Below are positions 1-10,191 of a stretch of DNA of 64,000 bases, piece after piece. Below the pieces are notes generated by a model, which was given only the letters and a program-made list of their open reading frames with translations, was not told where the DNA came from and searched no databases. A program made the translations under genes and the position numbers. This DNA is from Planctomycetota bacterium (GTDB lineage: Bacteria; Planctomycetota; PLA2; JAEUHO01): NCBI GenBank assembly GCA_050248855.1, contig JBFWRP010000003.1:32001-96000 (forward strand), read 5' to 3'. Within the stretch, counting starts at the first letter, position 1; every line of letters begins with the position of its first letter.

Positions 1-107
1 TGCTCGCCGAAGCCCGCGCGGGCCGGACGCATGGGCTTTCGCCGGCGGTACGTCACTTGCCGCCCGCCTACCCCTGGGCAAGACTTCGGTGGCCCCTGGA
101 GACCCTG

Positions 108-1943
108 ATGACGCTCGGCTTCCCCCCCCGGACCCGCCTCCTCGCCGCGCTCGTGGCGGGTCTCGTTCTTGGGGCCTGCGGGGGCGGCGGGGGCGGCAGT
201 GCGCCCGCGCCGGCTCCCGTCGAGCTCGCGCGGGACCTCGGCACGATCCCGGCGACGTCCCCGACGTTCTTCGACCTGGAGGTCGTGAACCCCTTCGGCA
301 GCGCAGGCGAGGTGACGCTCGAGAGCGTGGGGACCCCGCTGGTCGTGGGGCCCGGGGCCCTGCCGGCCGCCATCGGTGCCGGGGCCACCGTGCAGGTCTC
401 GATGGCCTTCGTGCCCGCGGGCGAGGGCGCTGCCATGGGCGAGATCTCGGTCCGCCTCCGCGCAGGGACCCGCGAGCAGGTGCAGCTCACGCGCGTGACG
501 GCGACGGCCGTGGGCGCCTCGCTGTCCGTGCCGGGCGGGCCCATCGACTTCGGGGACGTGCTGCCGGGCAGCTTCGCCAACCGCACCATCCTCCTCCAGA
601 ACCAGTCCGTGCTGTCCCCGCTCAGCGTGACCTCGGTGGTCTCGTCGCATCCGGGCTTCGTGGCCATCACGCCCTTCCCCCTCCAGGTCCCCGCGGGCGG
701 CTCGGCGTCGCTGGTGCTGCGCTACAACGGCTCGACGCCGGGAACGCCGACGACCACGTTCACGGTCACCAGCAACGCGGTCAACGGGCCGCACGCCATC
801 CAGGCGCTGGGCACGACGGGTGGGCAGGAGATCATCGACCTGGGCGCGCAGGCCTTCGATGGCAACGGCGACACGGCGGCCATGACGTTCGACGTGCCCC
901 CCGACGCGATCAGCTTCATGATCGAAGCCACCGTGTCAGGCAACACGCAAGTCGGCCTCCGGCGCCTCACGGGCCCGGGCGGGAAGGTCTACGAGAACGA
1001 GCAGCTCACGGGCGCATACATCTGGACGCCCGCGTCGCCCGTGTTCACGGCCCAGGTCCCGAACACCGACCGCACGGACGTGCAGCTCGTCCCCGGAGGC
1101 GGGACCTACACCCTGCGTCTCCTGCGCTGGTCCGGCAGCGCATCGTCGACCTCCGTCAAGGTCATCGTGCAGCGGCGCCCGCGCACGGGCACGGACGTGC
1201 TCTCCACGCTCGACCTGAACGTCTTCCTGGCCAACGTCATCACGCCCAAGGCGAACACGGCGGCGGGCGACAGCACGCTGCAGACCGTGTTCGGCGTCAT
1301 GGACAACATCCTCCAGCAGCAGGGCATCCGGCTGGGAGACATCGACTACTACGACATGACCAACTCGGCCTATGACGACGTCACGCAGGGCGAGTTCGGT
1401 CCCATGCTCGCCACCAGCAGCGCGGCCAGCGAGCGGCGCCTCAACCTGTTCTTCGTGCGTACGGCGCTGGGCGGTGGCGTCTTGGGCGTGGCCGCGACGA
1501 TCGGAGGGCCGTCCGTCAACGGCACCCAGCTCTCCGGCGTGATGAGCCTCTACGACCCCGGCAACGCCAACCTGGTAGGGCTCGTGGCCGCACACGAGAT
1601 CGGCCACTTCGTCGGGCTCGCCCACACCGTCGAGTCCGCCCAGAACGGCGGCGGGCACGATGACATCACGGACACGCTGGAGTGCCCGTCAACGGGAACG
1701 AACAGCGTCTGCTCCACGGCGGGCGGCGGCTACCTCATGCACTGGCAGGCCGTCGGAGGCAGCACGATCACCGACGGCCAGGGCCTGGTGATCCGCGGCC
1801 ATCCCCTGATGGGGCCGCGGCTGCTCGGCGGCAGCCCGCTGTTCGGCAAGCCGTTCCTGCCACCGCCCGAGATCGAGATCACGGTCGACATCTCGCCCGA
1901 CTGGTGCGGCACGTGTCGGCAGCTCGGGCCCAAGGGCAACTGA
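108..1943 (+). CDS. Lipoprotein with Ig-like (choice-of-anchor D/ASH-like) domains and a C-terminal metzincin-type zinc metalloprotease domain
   Basis: Lipobox LGAC followed by a Gly linker; beta-rich repeats (IDFGDV...TILLQN); HEIGHFVGLAH matches HExxHxxGxxH; a downstream YLMH resembles a Met-turn. ATG at 108 is preceded by GGAG. Confidence 0.75.
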   Translation: MTLGFPPRTRLLAALVAGLVLGACGGGGGGSAPAPAPVELARDLGTIPATSPTFFDLEVVNPFGSAGEVTLESVGTPLVVGPGALPAAIGAGATVQVSMAFVPAGEGAAMGEISVRLRAGTREQVQLTRVTATAVGASLSVPGGPIDFGDVLPGSFANRTILLQNQSVLSPLSVTSVVSSHPGFVAITPFPLQVPAGGSASLVLRYNGSTPGTPTTTFTVTSNAVNGPHAIQALGTTGGQEIIDLGAQAFDGNGDTAAMTFDVPPDAISFMIEATVSGNTQVGLRRLTGPGGKVYENEQLTGAYIWTPASPVFTAQVPNTDRTDVQLVPGGGTYTLRLLRWSGSASSTSVKVIVQRRPRTGTDVLSTLDLNVFLANVITPKANTAAGDSTLQTVFGVMDNILQQQGIRLGDIDYYDMTNSAYDDVTQGEFGPMLATSSAASERRLNLFFVRTALGGGVLGVAATIGGPSVNGTQLSGVMSLYDPGNANLVGLVAAHEIGHFVGLAHTVESAQNGGGHDDITDTLECPSTGTNSVCSTAGGGYLMHWQAVGGSTITDGQGLVIRGHPLMGPRLLGGSPLFGKPFLPPPEIEITVDISPDWCGTCRQLGPKGN

Positions 1944-3755
1944 TCATCGGACGGCCGAGAGGCCGTAGAGGGTCTCCGAGGCCACGAAGCAGTAGCCGGT
2001 CGTCGCCGCGCGCACCGCCTCGTCGCCGCGCTCCAGGATCCAGCGCCCCAGCGCGCGGCGCACGCGCACTTGGTCGCGGCGCGAGGCGCCCTTCGCCTCG
2101 GCGCGCTCCAGCCAGCGCCACGCCGTCTCCACGGCCCACGGGTGCCAGAGGAAGTTGATGCCCTCGGTCCGACTGTCCTTGCGGCCCTCGTGGTTGGTGA
2201 AGGACACGGCGAACTCGCCCATGTCGTAGGCGTCCTCCAACGACGCGTCTTCCAGGCGCAGCAGGAGGTCGGGGATCGCCGCTTCGATGGCGTCCGACAG
2301 CGCCAGCCCCGCTTCGCGTTCGGCGCGCAGGAGCAGGGCCAGGATCTGCATGCTGAGCCCCGCGGAGATCTTGTCGCTGGGGTCGTTCGTGCGCCGCCAC
2401 CCCGGGGGTTGCCGGTCGGTCTCGAAGTGCCGGGCCAGGAAGCGCACGCTTTGCCCGAGCAGGCGATCGCGCTCGGCGTCCGCCCCATGCCAGCCCAGGC
2501 CCGCGGCACGCAGCTCGAGCAGCGCCAAGACGGCCATGGTCGTGCTGTACGGGCTGTGCCGCAGCAGATCGTCCTGCTGCGGGAAGATGTTCCAACCCCC
2601 CGTGTCCATGGGGCGGTACAAGTCCGCCGCGCGTTGGGCGCGATCGAGATGGGCGAGTGCGCGCTCGCGCGCCGCACCCTCCAGGAACCCGGGACGCGCC
2701 AAGGCCAAGGCCAGGGCGGACACGGTCCAGAGGGCGGGCTCGATCTCGGTGTACGCCATCCCGGCGTGCGCCAGCCAGCCGAAGGCGGTCCCGTCCACCT
2801 CGATGAAGTGCCGATCCGCGAAGGGCACTTCCAAGGCGGCGCGCAGGCGCTCGGCGTGGGCCGACCCAAGCTCCGGCGCGCGGAAGAGCGCGGTCAGCGC
2901 TTGGCACGAGCTCCAGACGTCGCTCGTGTCCGCGTCGGGCGCGTCGAACGCGTTGCGCAACAGGCCGTCCTCCGTGGCCAGCCCCAGCAAGGCTTCGCAC
3001 AGGCGTGTTCGAAGCGCCGGTACAGCCGCTTGGATCTCCTCCACCGTCGGCGCGGGCCGGAGCACGGACCAGTCGCGCTCGTCGATGGCGTCCCGGATGG
3101 CCGCGCCGCCCGGAAGCGCGATACCGGCGTCCGCAAGAGCCACCCAGCCGAGCGGCAGCGCCACGACCGCGGCGACGCGCCCCACGCGTCCGAAGAGGCG
3201 CGCCCAGCTGAAGGGGCGCTGCACGAAGACCCACGTGCTCCCCAGGCCCTTCAGCTTGGCCTTCATCTTCGTGAAGGCCGCTTCGAGCTCGTTTTCCTGG
3301 CGGCGCACGGCGGCGTGCACGCTGGCGTCCAGCGCAAGGCCCTCGGGTCGCGCGAGATGCTGCAGGCGGCTGGCCACGTTGATGGCGCGCCCGTAGTAGT
3401 CGTCGCTGCGGTGCACCTCGCCGAAGGCCACGCCGATTCCCACACGCGTCGGCAGGTCCGCGCCGGCCTCGCGCTGACGCGTGGCCCAGGCGGCAAACGC
3501 CGTACGCGCGCGTCCCGCCGCCGCGACCACCGCCTCGGCGAGCGCCGGGTCCAGCTCCCCGTGCACCTCCCAGATCAACAGGTGCCCGTCGCCGAGGTTC
3601 TTGACGAAGGTGGGGGGGCGGTCCGCGAAGCAGTCGAGCACGATGCGGTGCGCCGCGGTCGCGTACGTGCCCAGGTCGTGCGCGCCCACGCGGCGGCTGG
3701 CCGCCGTGAAGCCACGGATGTCGTAGATGAGGGTCAGCGCCGAGAGGGACGACAC
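1944..3755 (-). CDS. Class III adenylate cyclase domain + TM helix + extracytoplasmic alpha/alpha-toroid (prenyltransferase/squalene-oxidase-repeat-like) domain
   Basis: IYDIRGFT, VKNLGDG, RVGIGVAFGEV and DYYGRAINVASRL motifs; hydrophobic VAAVVALPLGWVALA; helical C-terminal region with GGW/PGW motifs. GTG start at 3755 has TACACT 9 nt upstream. Confidence 0.75.
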   Translation of the reverse strand: MSSLSALTLIYDIRGFTAASRRVGAHDLGTYATAAHRIVLDCFADRPPTFVKNLGDGHLLIWEVHGELDPALAEAVVAAAGRARTAFAAWATRQREAGADLPTRVGIGVAFGEVHRSDDYYGRAINVASRLQHLARPEGLALDASVHAAVRRQENELEAAFTKMKAKLKGLGSTWVFVQRPFSWARLFGRVGRVAAVVALPLGWVALADAGIALPGGAAIRDAIDERDWSVLRPAPTVEEIQAAVPALRTRLCEALLGLATEDGLLRNAFDAPDADTSDVWSSCQALTALFRAPELGSAHAERLRAALEVPFADRHFIEVDGTAFGWLAHAGMAYTEIEPALWTVSALALALARPGFLEGAARERALAHLDRAQRAADLYRPMDTGGWNIFPQQDDLLRHSPYSTTMAVLALLELRAAGLGWHGADAERDRLLGQSVRFLARHFETDRQPPGWRRTNDPSDKISAGLSMQILALLLRAEREAGLALSDAIEAAIPDLLLRLEDASLEDAYDMGEFAVSFTNHEGRKDSRTEGINFLWHPWAVETAWRWLERAEAKGASRRDQVRVRRALGRWILERGDEAVRAATTGYCFVASETLYGLSAVR

Positions 3756-3805
3756 GTTGGCCGGAGTGTAGGCGAAACGCGCGCCCGAGTGTTCCTGTCG
3801 GGCAC

Positions 3806-4807
3806 TCAGCAGGCCTCGAGCAGCGCGGCGTGAACGGCTGGCGTGGCGCACAGGATCCCGCGATTGGCCTCCAGGGTCGCGCCCCGGGTGAAGTCCAGCT
3901 CGTGGCCATCGATGTCCGTCACGAGGGCGCCGGCCTCCGTGGCGACCACGAAGCCCGCGGCGTGGTCCCACACGTTCTCGCGCCGCGCTTCGTCCGTCGG
4001 GATGCGCAGGTAGGCGTGGATGTCGCCGCGTGCGACGAGTGCGTACTTGGCCTGGCTGTCCACGGCGACGGCCTTGTAGGGGAGTCCGGCACGGCCGAGC
4101 CACGCGTCCACCGCCTCGCGGTTGGCGTGACGCGGCTCCCAAGGCACGCCGATCCGGACCACCTGCCCCGGCCGCCATGGGGCCGCGGCGACGTGCCGCC
4201 GTGCGTCGTCGGCGAGGTCGATCTCGACGGTCCCGGAGCCGCGGCGTGCGGCCACGAGGCGTCCCGGAGGGCGTGCCGGAGAGGGATCCGGCGAGCCCTC
4301 GGGGCCCAGGTGGGGGCAGCCGAGGACGCCCACGGTGGGCGCGCCACCTTCGAGGTACGCGAGGCAGATCGCGTACTGCATGCCGCGCAGGAAGCCCGAC
4401 GTGCCATCCACGGGGTCGAGGATCCAGTGCGGCGAGCGCGGGTCGCCGGGAGGGGGAGCGTCGAGCAGCCGACGGAGGTCGTCCGGACGCGCACCGGGCC
4501 AGCGTTCCCGGACGAGTTCGAGGAGGCTCTGCGCCAGGGCGGTGCCTTGCGGGCCTCCGAGCGGCACCGACGTTTCCTCCGCGCGCCGCGGCGCGTCCGA
4601 CCCGATCGTGTGGGCCATGAGGATCTGGGCCGCCAGGTCCGCGACGGTGACGGGCGAGGCGTCGGCCTTGGCGCGCGCCTCGGAGGCGCGCCGTCCTTCG
4701 TCCACGGCCCACGAGGCGGACACGGCTTCGGTGGCCCACGCGGCCTCGCGTACGGCGCGGAGCGCCAGCTCGAAGCGCTCTTCCGCCCCCGCGTCGGGTG
4801 CGTCCAT
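3806..4807 (-). CDS. Inositol monophosphatase family, 3'(2'),5'-bisphosphate nucleotidase (HAL2/SAL1-like)
   Basis: KADASPVTVAD, WILDPVDGT, DSQAKY and ENVWDHAAG motifs. Confidence 0.85.
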   Translation of the reverse strand: MDAPDAGAEERFELALRAVREAAWATEAVSASWAVDEGRRASEARAKADASPVTVADLAAQILMAHTIGSDAPRRAEETSVPLGGPQGTALAQSLLELVRERWPGARPDDLRRLLDAPPPGDPRSPHWILDPVDGTSGFLRGMQYAICLAYLEGGAPTVGVLGCPHLGPEGSPDPSPARPPGRLVAARRGSGTVEIDLADDARRHVAAAPWRPGQVVRIGVPWEPRHANREAVDAWLGRAGLPYKAVAVDSQAKYALVARGDIHAYLRIPTDEARRENVWDHAAGFVVATEAGALVTDIDGHELDFTRGATLEANRGILCATPAVHAALLEAC

Positions 4808-4828
4808 GGGCCTGCCTCCCCAACCTCG

Positions 4829-5542
4829 TCAGGGCATGGTCTCGTACGTGATGACAAGCTCGGCACGCTGGCCGGTGCGGTACTCGTTGTCGCCCGTCTC
4901 GAAGCCGAACCAGTCGTCGCGCAGGTCGCCGTCCGTGCCGCCGAACAGCCGGAGGCGCACGTCGGTTCGCGAGCGCATCTCGTCCACGTCCTCCTGCACC
5001 ATCGTCGTGATCTCGATCTCGCGCGTGACCAGCAGGCTGTTCATCGTGACGCTGGTGGGGCTGCTGAGCGCCAGCGACGAGAAGTCCGTGCCGTCGAGCG
5101 CGGCGCCGATGTCCACGCGCTCGATGAGGAGCGGGTCGATCAGCAGGGGCTCACCGACGACGCGGGTGGTGCGTAGCCGGAGGGCGGCCGACGTGATCCG
5201 GGCGCCCATGGGAACGTCGTACAGCGGGAAGGCGAGCAGCATGCGCATTTCCTGGTTGGACGCGAGGTCGCCCACGTTGGGGAGCCCACCCTGTACGGTG
5301 ACCTCACCATCCGAGCGCACGACGCCGTCGAGCGCGCCCAGGCTGGGGATCTCGAGACTGCGGCGCCTCAGGTCGGAGGTCCCCCCGGCGCCGCACGCGG
5401 CGAGCGGGGCCAGCAGGGACGCTGCTGCGATCCATGCCACATGGCGTCCCTTCTGCTTCGGTGAGCGAGCTCGACGCATTCGAGGGACGGTGGCGCTGCG
5501 GCGCATGGGTGGCTCCCGTCGTCCGACGCCCTGCCCGGTCAT
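4829..5542 (-). CDS. Hypothetical lipoprotein (beta-sandwich, DNRLRE-like); start uncertain
   Basis: Lipobox LAAC; ARITSAALRL and the terminal ELVITY are typical of DNRLRE-type domains. Confidence 0.55.
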   Translation of the reverse strand: MTGQGVGRREPPMRRSATVPRMRRARSPKQKGRHVAWIAAASLLAPLAACGAGGTSDLRRRSLEIPSLGALDGVVRSDGEVTVQGGLPNVGDLASNQEMRMLLAFPLYDVPMGARITSAALRLRTTRVVGEPLLIDPLLIERVDIGAALDGTDFSSLALSSPTSVTMNSLLVTREIEITTMVQEDVDEMRSRTDVRLRLFGGTDGDLRDDWFGFETGDNEYRTGQRAELVITYETMP

Positions 5543-5589
5543 GGGCTTCCCGGGGCAGGGCGAAGGGCCGCCGGTATCTTGGCCCGACC

Positions 5590-6021
5590 ATGGGCCCCCC
5601 GGGCGATCGCACGCGCGAGTTTCTCGATCGGCGGACTTCCATCGCGATCCTCGCGACGGTCGGGGCCCACGGCGTGCCGGAGTCGTGCGTCCTCGTGGCC
5701 CCGCGGCTGCTGGAGGACGGCAAGATCGCCGGGGGCGAAGAAGAGCACGTGGGTTCCAACGTCTTCCGCAACCTGCGGCGCCAGCCCCGCGCCTCGCTCT
5801 TGGTCCTCGACCCGATCATGGACCCCCGGGCCCGCGATGGCGTGCGTCTGGAGGTCGAGTTCCTGGGGGCCGAGGACGACGGCGAGGGGCTGGACCACAT
5901 CAACGCCTGGCTTGGCAGCTTCGCACCCGGTCGCCGTGTGGTCCGGCGCCTGCTCTTCAAGCTGATCTCCAGCACGCCCTACCGCCCGCCTCCCGAGGGG
6001 CCGGTCCTGCTCGGTACCTGA
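5590..6021 (+). CDS. Pyridoxamine 5'-phosphate oxidase-like FMN-binding split-barrel protein
   Basis: AILATVGAHGVP...RNLRRQPRASLLV pattern; TATCTT 9 nt upstream of the ATG. Confidence 0.7.
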   Translation: MGPPGDRTREFLDRRTSIAILATVGAHGVPESCVLVAPRLLEDGKIAGGEEEHVGSNVFRNLRRQPRASLLVLDPIMDPRARDGVRLEVEFLGAEDDGEGLDHINAWLGSFAPGRRVVRRLLFKLISSTPYRPPPEGPVLLGT

Positions 6022-6300
6022 TCGGGCGCGGCGGGATGTAAACGTTCGGCCCCTGGGGTGCGGACGTGCGGCTCGCCAGATGCTCGGTCCCGCACCCGCA
6101 TCGGCTCCTCGAGTGAACAGACCACGAATCTTCACGTCCCTCTCCGACGACGTTCCCATCTCGCGGGAGGCGATGCTCTCGCGTTCGGGCCTGGATGGGA
6201 TGCCGGGTGCCGATGAGGAGGACGCCGCGTGGTTGACCACGCAAGGACGACGAAGCGGTGCTCCGGCGCCCAGCCCGGGCCTGAACGCTTGCCGCGCGAT

Positions 6301-7326
6301 CTAGGCCGTGCCCCGGACGCGCGGCACGCGGTCGTCGTCGAGGTCGCGGTCGTCCTCGTCGTCGTCGTCCTCGTCGTCCTCGTCGTCGTCGAGCACCCCG
6401 GGGCGGTCGAGGCGCTTGCCCATCGTGATCTCGGTGCCGGCCGGGTTCCACTGGACCTCGTCCATCACGTGCTGGATCAGCTTCAAGCCCCGCCCGTGCA
6501 GGGCCGTGGCGGCAGCCATGGGCTCGTGGGAGCGGCAGTGCGCATCGAACCCGCTGCCCTCGTCCCGCACCACGTAGGCCACGTCGTCGGCCGAGTAGAG
6601 GACGCGCACATGAGCCATGCGGGCGGCCAGACGTTCGTCGCCGAGGCGCTCGTCCACGAGCGCGCGCACGCCACCGGACGTCTCCATCGCGGCGCTCTTC
6701 TCCTCGTACGTGATCCCGAGGTTGCCGTGCTCCAGCGCGTTGGCCAACGCTTCGTGGAGCGCGAGCTGGACCTCGGTGTCAGGGAGCCTGCGCCCGGCGT
6801 GGCGGAGCGCGAGATCCCGCAGCAGGAAGCGCACGAGCGTGGCGTTGACGCCCGGCCGTGGATGGAAGGCAAGCGCGACTTCGTCCTCGTCGAGCCGCAG
6901 CAGGTACCGGCCGATCTCGGGCACTTCGAGGATCGCCGCGAGGAAGCGGGCCAGCACGCCGCCGGGCCGCGCCGGGTCCTCGTCGCCTCCGAGGCAGCCG
7001 GTGGCGCCGCACGGCTCCGGCGCCTTCCGGCCGGGCGGGGCGACGGCGATCCACGGAACCAGCGACGTGGGGCGGCGCCAGCGGGCGATCGCGTCCGGCG
7101 GCACGCTGCCGGCGTCCACGACGACCAAGGCCACGGCCTCGGCGGGGTCGGGAGCGTCCGTGGCGAGGCGCACGGCACCTCCGAGGGCCCGGACCGCGGC
7201 CGCCAGCGCCTGGCGGCGCGAGGCATCCCGACTCCAGACGAGCACGGGCGGGGCAGAGGGAGCCGGTGCGCCGATGATGCCTCTCCCGAGCCGGGACCTC
7301 GGTGCCGCCTGCAGGCAAGCCGCCAC
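6301..7326 (-). CDS. RsbW-like anti-sigma/Ser kinase (HATPase_c_2) with a degenerate receiver-like N-terminus and an acidic tail
   Basis: LALHEALANALEHGN, VRDEGSGFD and GRGLKLIQHVMDEV motifs; poly-D/E C-terminus. Confidence 0.8.
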   Translation of the reverse strand: MAACLQAAPRSRLGRGIIGAPAPSAPPVLVWSRDASRRQALAAAVRALGGAVRLATDAPDPAEAVALVVVDAGSVPPDAIARWRRPTSLVPWIAVAPPGRKAPEPCGATGCLGGDEDPARPGGVLARFLAAILEVPEIGRYLLRLDEDEVALAFHPRPGVNATLVRFLLRDLALRHAGRRLPDTEVQLALHEALANALEHGNLGITYEEKSAAMETSGGVRALVDERLGDERLAARMAHVRVLYSADDVAYVVRDEGSGFDAHCRSHEPMAAATALHGRGLKLIQHVMDEVQWNPAGTEITMGKRLDRPGVLDDDEDDEDDDDEDDRDLDDDRVPRVRGTA

Positions 7327-7432
7327 GGCGTCTTTCGCGGAATTCTACGTCGGGGGGGCCGCGAGCCCGTGACGTCGTCGAGCGCCCCTCGGCGTTGCAG
7401 GGGGAGCCGTCCAGCACCAGAATCCGGGCTCC

Positions 7433-10189
7433 GTGGGTACCCCTCTCGACCGCGTCCGATGTCCTCGCTGCGGCAAGCGTTTCGCCGTCGATGCGGACCG
7501 TCTGCCCGACGACCCCGCCGGGCAGCATGCCAAGTGCCGCGCCTGCGGAGGTGCGTTCCTCGTCCGGCGCCAGGCGGACCGCCTCTTCGTCGAGGCCGTC
7601 GGTGAGGCCCCCGCACCGCGTGGAGCCCGCGGCAAGCGCCGCGCGGGCGCGCCACCGCGACCTGCCCCCGAGCCGTCCTCGGCGCCGTCGCCGTCACCGC
7701 CCGCGGCCCACGCTTCGTTCCCGCCGGGGGAGCGACTGGGCCGTTACGAGATCGAGGGGCCGCTGGGACGCGGCGGCATGGGCACCGTCGTCCGCGCCTT
7801 CGACCCGGGCGCCAACCGACACGTCGCCTTGAAGATCCTGGCTCGCGAGACGACGGACCTCGACGCGCTGCGCTTCCAACGCGAGATCGCCATCCAGGCC
7901 AACATCCGGCATCCGCACATCATGCCGATCTACGACTCGGGCTACGTCGGCAAGACGCGCTTCTACGCCATGGAGCTGTTGCACGATCCCGTGGATCTCG
8001 AGGTCCTGATCCACGACCTGCGCAGCGGCGCGCTCGAGCGGCGCCCGGGAAGCGAGGGGATCCGCACCCTCGAGGGCATCTTGCGCCACGTCGTCCTGCC
8101 GATCGCGGCGGCCGTGCAGCACGCCAACGTCAAGGAAGGCGTCCTGCACCGTGACATCAAGCCCACCAACGTCATGGTGGACCCCGACGGCTGGCGTCCC
8201 TACCTCATCGACTTCGGAGTGGCCTCGCTCCTGCGTCGGGACAACCCGCGGCTGCAGGGCATCGACGAGACCTTCCCCGTGCCGCTGCGAGGCGAGGGCG
8301 TGCACGTGACGGGCACGCTCGTCTACATGCCCCCCGAGCAGGCCCGCGGTGAGGCGCACCCGCGCGGCGACGTGTGGGGCCTCGGCGCGCTCGTGCACGC
8401 TCTCGTCACGGGCGAACCGCCCTACGAGCCTGTCGTCCGGTCGCGCGTGCCCGCCGACGTGCGCCGCCGCAACCTGACCTTGCTCGTCGAGGATGCCGTG
8501 GCGGCGGGCAAGGACGACGAGGCCGAGGGCTACCGCCAGATGTTGGCCGACCTCGAGGCCGGGCGCGAACGCACGCCGGACCAGCTGCGCCGCGAGGTGC
8601 AGCGCGGCCACGTGAGACCGCTGCCCCCGGGCGTGAGCCGCGGCCTGGCCGCCGTCCTGACGCGCGCCATGGCACCCGACCCCGAGCAGCGCTACGAAGA
8701 CGCGGCGGCGTTCGCCCAGGACCTGGAGGCCTGGCTGGACCGGCGTCCGGTCACGGCCGTCCTGGCCACCACGTCCACGGCCCGGGAGGTCGTCTACCGA
8801 GGAAGCCTCTTTGCGCGTCGCCATCGTCGACGTGTGCTCGCAGGCGCAGCGGCGGCCGTGGTGCTGGGCGCGGCGAGCCTGGCGTGGGCCCTCCGGTCGA
8901 AGGGTGATGACGGTGCCGCGCGGCGCGCGAGCTTGGCCGCGGAGGCACAGCGTGCGCTCCACGAAGGCGACCTCGACGCGGCGTCGGCCCGCGCCCTCGC
9001 GCTCGTCGGCGCGGGGGACGCCAAGGGCGGCCAGGCGGTCCTCGAGGCGGTGGCCGCACGCAGGCGGTTCGAGCAAGGGCTCGCCGAGGTCATTCGCTGG
9101 CGGGATCAGGCCGAGCGCGAGGAGGAGCCGGAGGCGCGCGAGCAGGCCTTGGCGGCAGCGGCGCGCCGGCTCGACGAGGTCGAGGGCCCCGACGGTCGGC
9201 ATGTACCTGACGTGCCCGGTGCAGTCGAGCGCGTGGCCGAGGTGCGCGCGACCTTGGACCCCCGGTTCGAGGTCTTGTTCGTGGACGTACCCGCGGGCGC
9301 TGCCGTCGACGTGATGGCGTGGGGCGCCGAGGATGGCGTCGTGGGCTGGAACGCCTCGCGCCGTGTCGTCCTCGAGGGGCCGCGAGCGCGTCTTTCCCGG
9401 GGCCGCTACGTTCTGCGCGTTGCGCGCGACGGGCGCAGCGTCCATCTCCCGTTCACCGTCCCCGATCGGCCCACGAGTCCGCCCGCCGTGCGGTGTCCCG
9501 TCGATCCCACGGGGCTCCCGGACGGCCAGGTCCACGTGGTGGGCGGGACGTTTTCCGGCGGGAGCTTCCGCGGGACGCAGGTGCCCGCGCTGCACTGGGA
9601 CCTGCGCGAGGTCACGCAGGCGGAGTACGGGGCGTGGCTGGCGACGCTGCCCCTCGAGGAGGCGTGGGCGCGCGTGCCGCGGCGCGCCGGCGACCTCGGT
9701 CGCGATGGCGGTTCGCTGTGGGCCCGAGGTGCGGACGAACGTCCGCAAGTTCCCAGCGGCGGCACGTCACGTCCGGTCGAGGGCATCTCCGTGCGCGATG
9801 CCGCCGCGTTCGCGGCAGCGACGGGCGCACGCCTTCCGACGGCCGCCGAGTGGGCGTGGGCGGCCGTGGGCGACGGCCCGGGCGTGACGCCTGTCGGATC
9901 GCTTGCCCAGGTCGCCACGGCGTCGGTGCACGTGGACAGCGCCGTCGCGGGCCCCGAGGACGTACTGGCCAGCCCCCTTGACCGCTCGGTCCACGGGCTC
10001 TTCGACATGGCCGGCAACGTGGCCGAGATGACGTCCACCTTCGAGCGGCGCGGCGGCGTCACGGGGTGGTGGGTGATGGGCGGAAGCTACCTCGAGGGCA
10101 TCGAGTCCTGCCTGCTGGCCGCGCCTCGCGTCGTCGCCGGTTGGCAGCCCCTGGAAGGCGTGGGCCTGCGGCGCGTGCGCGAGCAGTAA
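7433..10189 (+). CDS. Ser/Thr protein kinase with an N-terminal zinc ribbon, a TM helix and a C-terminal FGE-sulfatase (SUMF1-like) domain
   Basis: CPRC...CRAC; LGRGGMG, VALK, HRDIKPTN, DFG, YMPPEQ and DVWGLG; RLPTAAEW, GLFDMAGNVAE, GGSY and GLR. Confidence 0.9.
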   Translation: MGTPLDRVRCPRCGKRFAVDADRLPDDPAGQHAKCRACGGAFLVRRQADRLFVEAVGEAPAPRGARGKRRAGAPPRPAPEPSSAPSPSPPAAHASFPPGERLGRYEIEGPLGRGGMGTVVRAFDPGANRHVALKILARETTDLDALRFQREIAIQANIRHPHIMPIYDSGYVGKTRFYAMELLHDPVDLEVLIHDLRSGALERRPGSEGIRTLEGILRHVVLPIAAAVQHANVKEGVLHRDIKPTNVMVDPDGWRPYLIDFGVASLLRRDNPRLQGIDETFPVPLRGEGVHVTGTLVYMPPEQARGEAHPRGDVWGLGALVHALVTGEPPYEPVVRSRVPADVRRRNLTLLVEDAVAAGKDDEAEGYRQMLADLEAGRERTPDQLRREVQRGHVRPLPPGVSRGLAAVLTRAMAPDPEQRYEDAAAFAQDLEAWLDRRPVTAVLATTSTAREVVYRGSLFARRHRRRVLAGAAAAVVLGAASLAWALRSKGDDGAARRASLAAEAQRALHEGDLDAASARALALVGAGDAKGGQAVLEAVAARRRFEQGLAEVIRWRDQAEREEEPEAREQALAAAARRLDEVEGPDGRHVPDVPGAVERVAEVRATLDPRFEVLFVDVPAGAAVDVMAWGAEDGVVGWNASRRVVLEGPRARLSRGRYVLRVARDGRSVHLPFTVPDRPTSPPAVRCPVDPTGLPDGQVHVVGGTFSGGSFRGTQVPALHWDLREVTQAEYGAWLATLPLEEAWARVPRRAGDLGRDGGSLWARGADERPQVPSGGTSRPVEGISVRDAAAFAAATGARLPTAAEWAWAAVGDGPGVTPVGSLAQVATASVHVDSAVAGPEDVLASPLDRSVHGLFDMAGNVAEMTSTFERRGGVTGWWVMGGSYLEGIESCLLAAPRVVAGWQPLEGVGLRRVREQ

Positions 10190-10191
10190 GC

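Noticed and set aside
6080..6304. Small ORF (74 aa) between the PNPOx-like and RsbW-like genes
   Set aside because: No recognisable motif or clear RBS; cannot be supported from sequence alone
6332..6392. GTC/CTC triplet-rich tract as a non-coding repeat
   Set aside because: Explained by the Asp/Glu tail of the minus-strand RsbW-like protein
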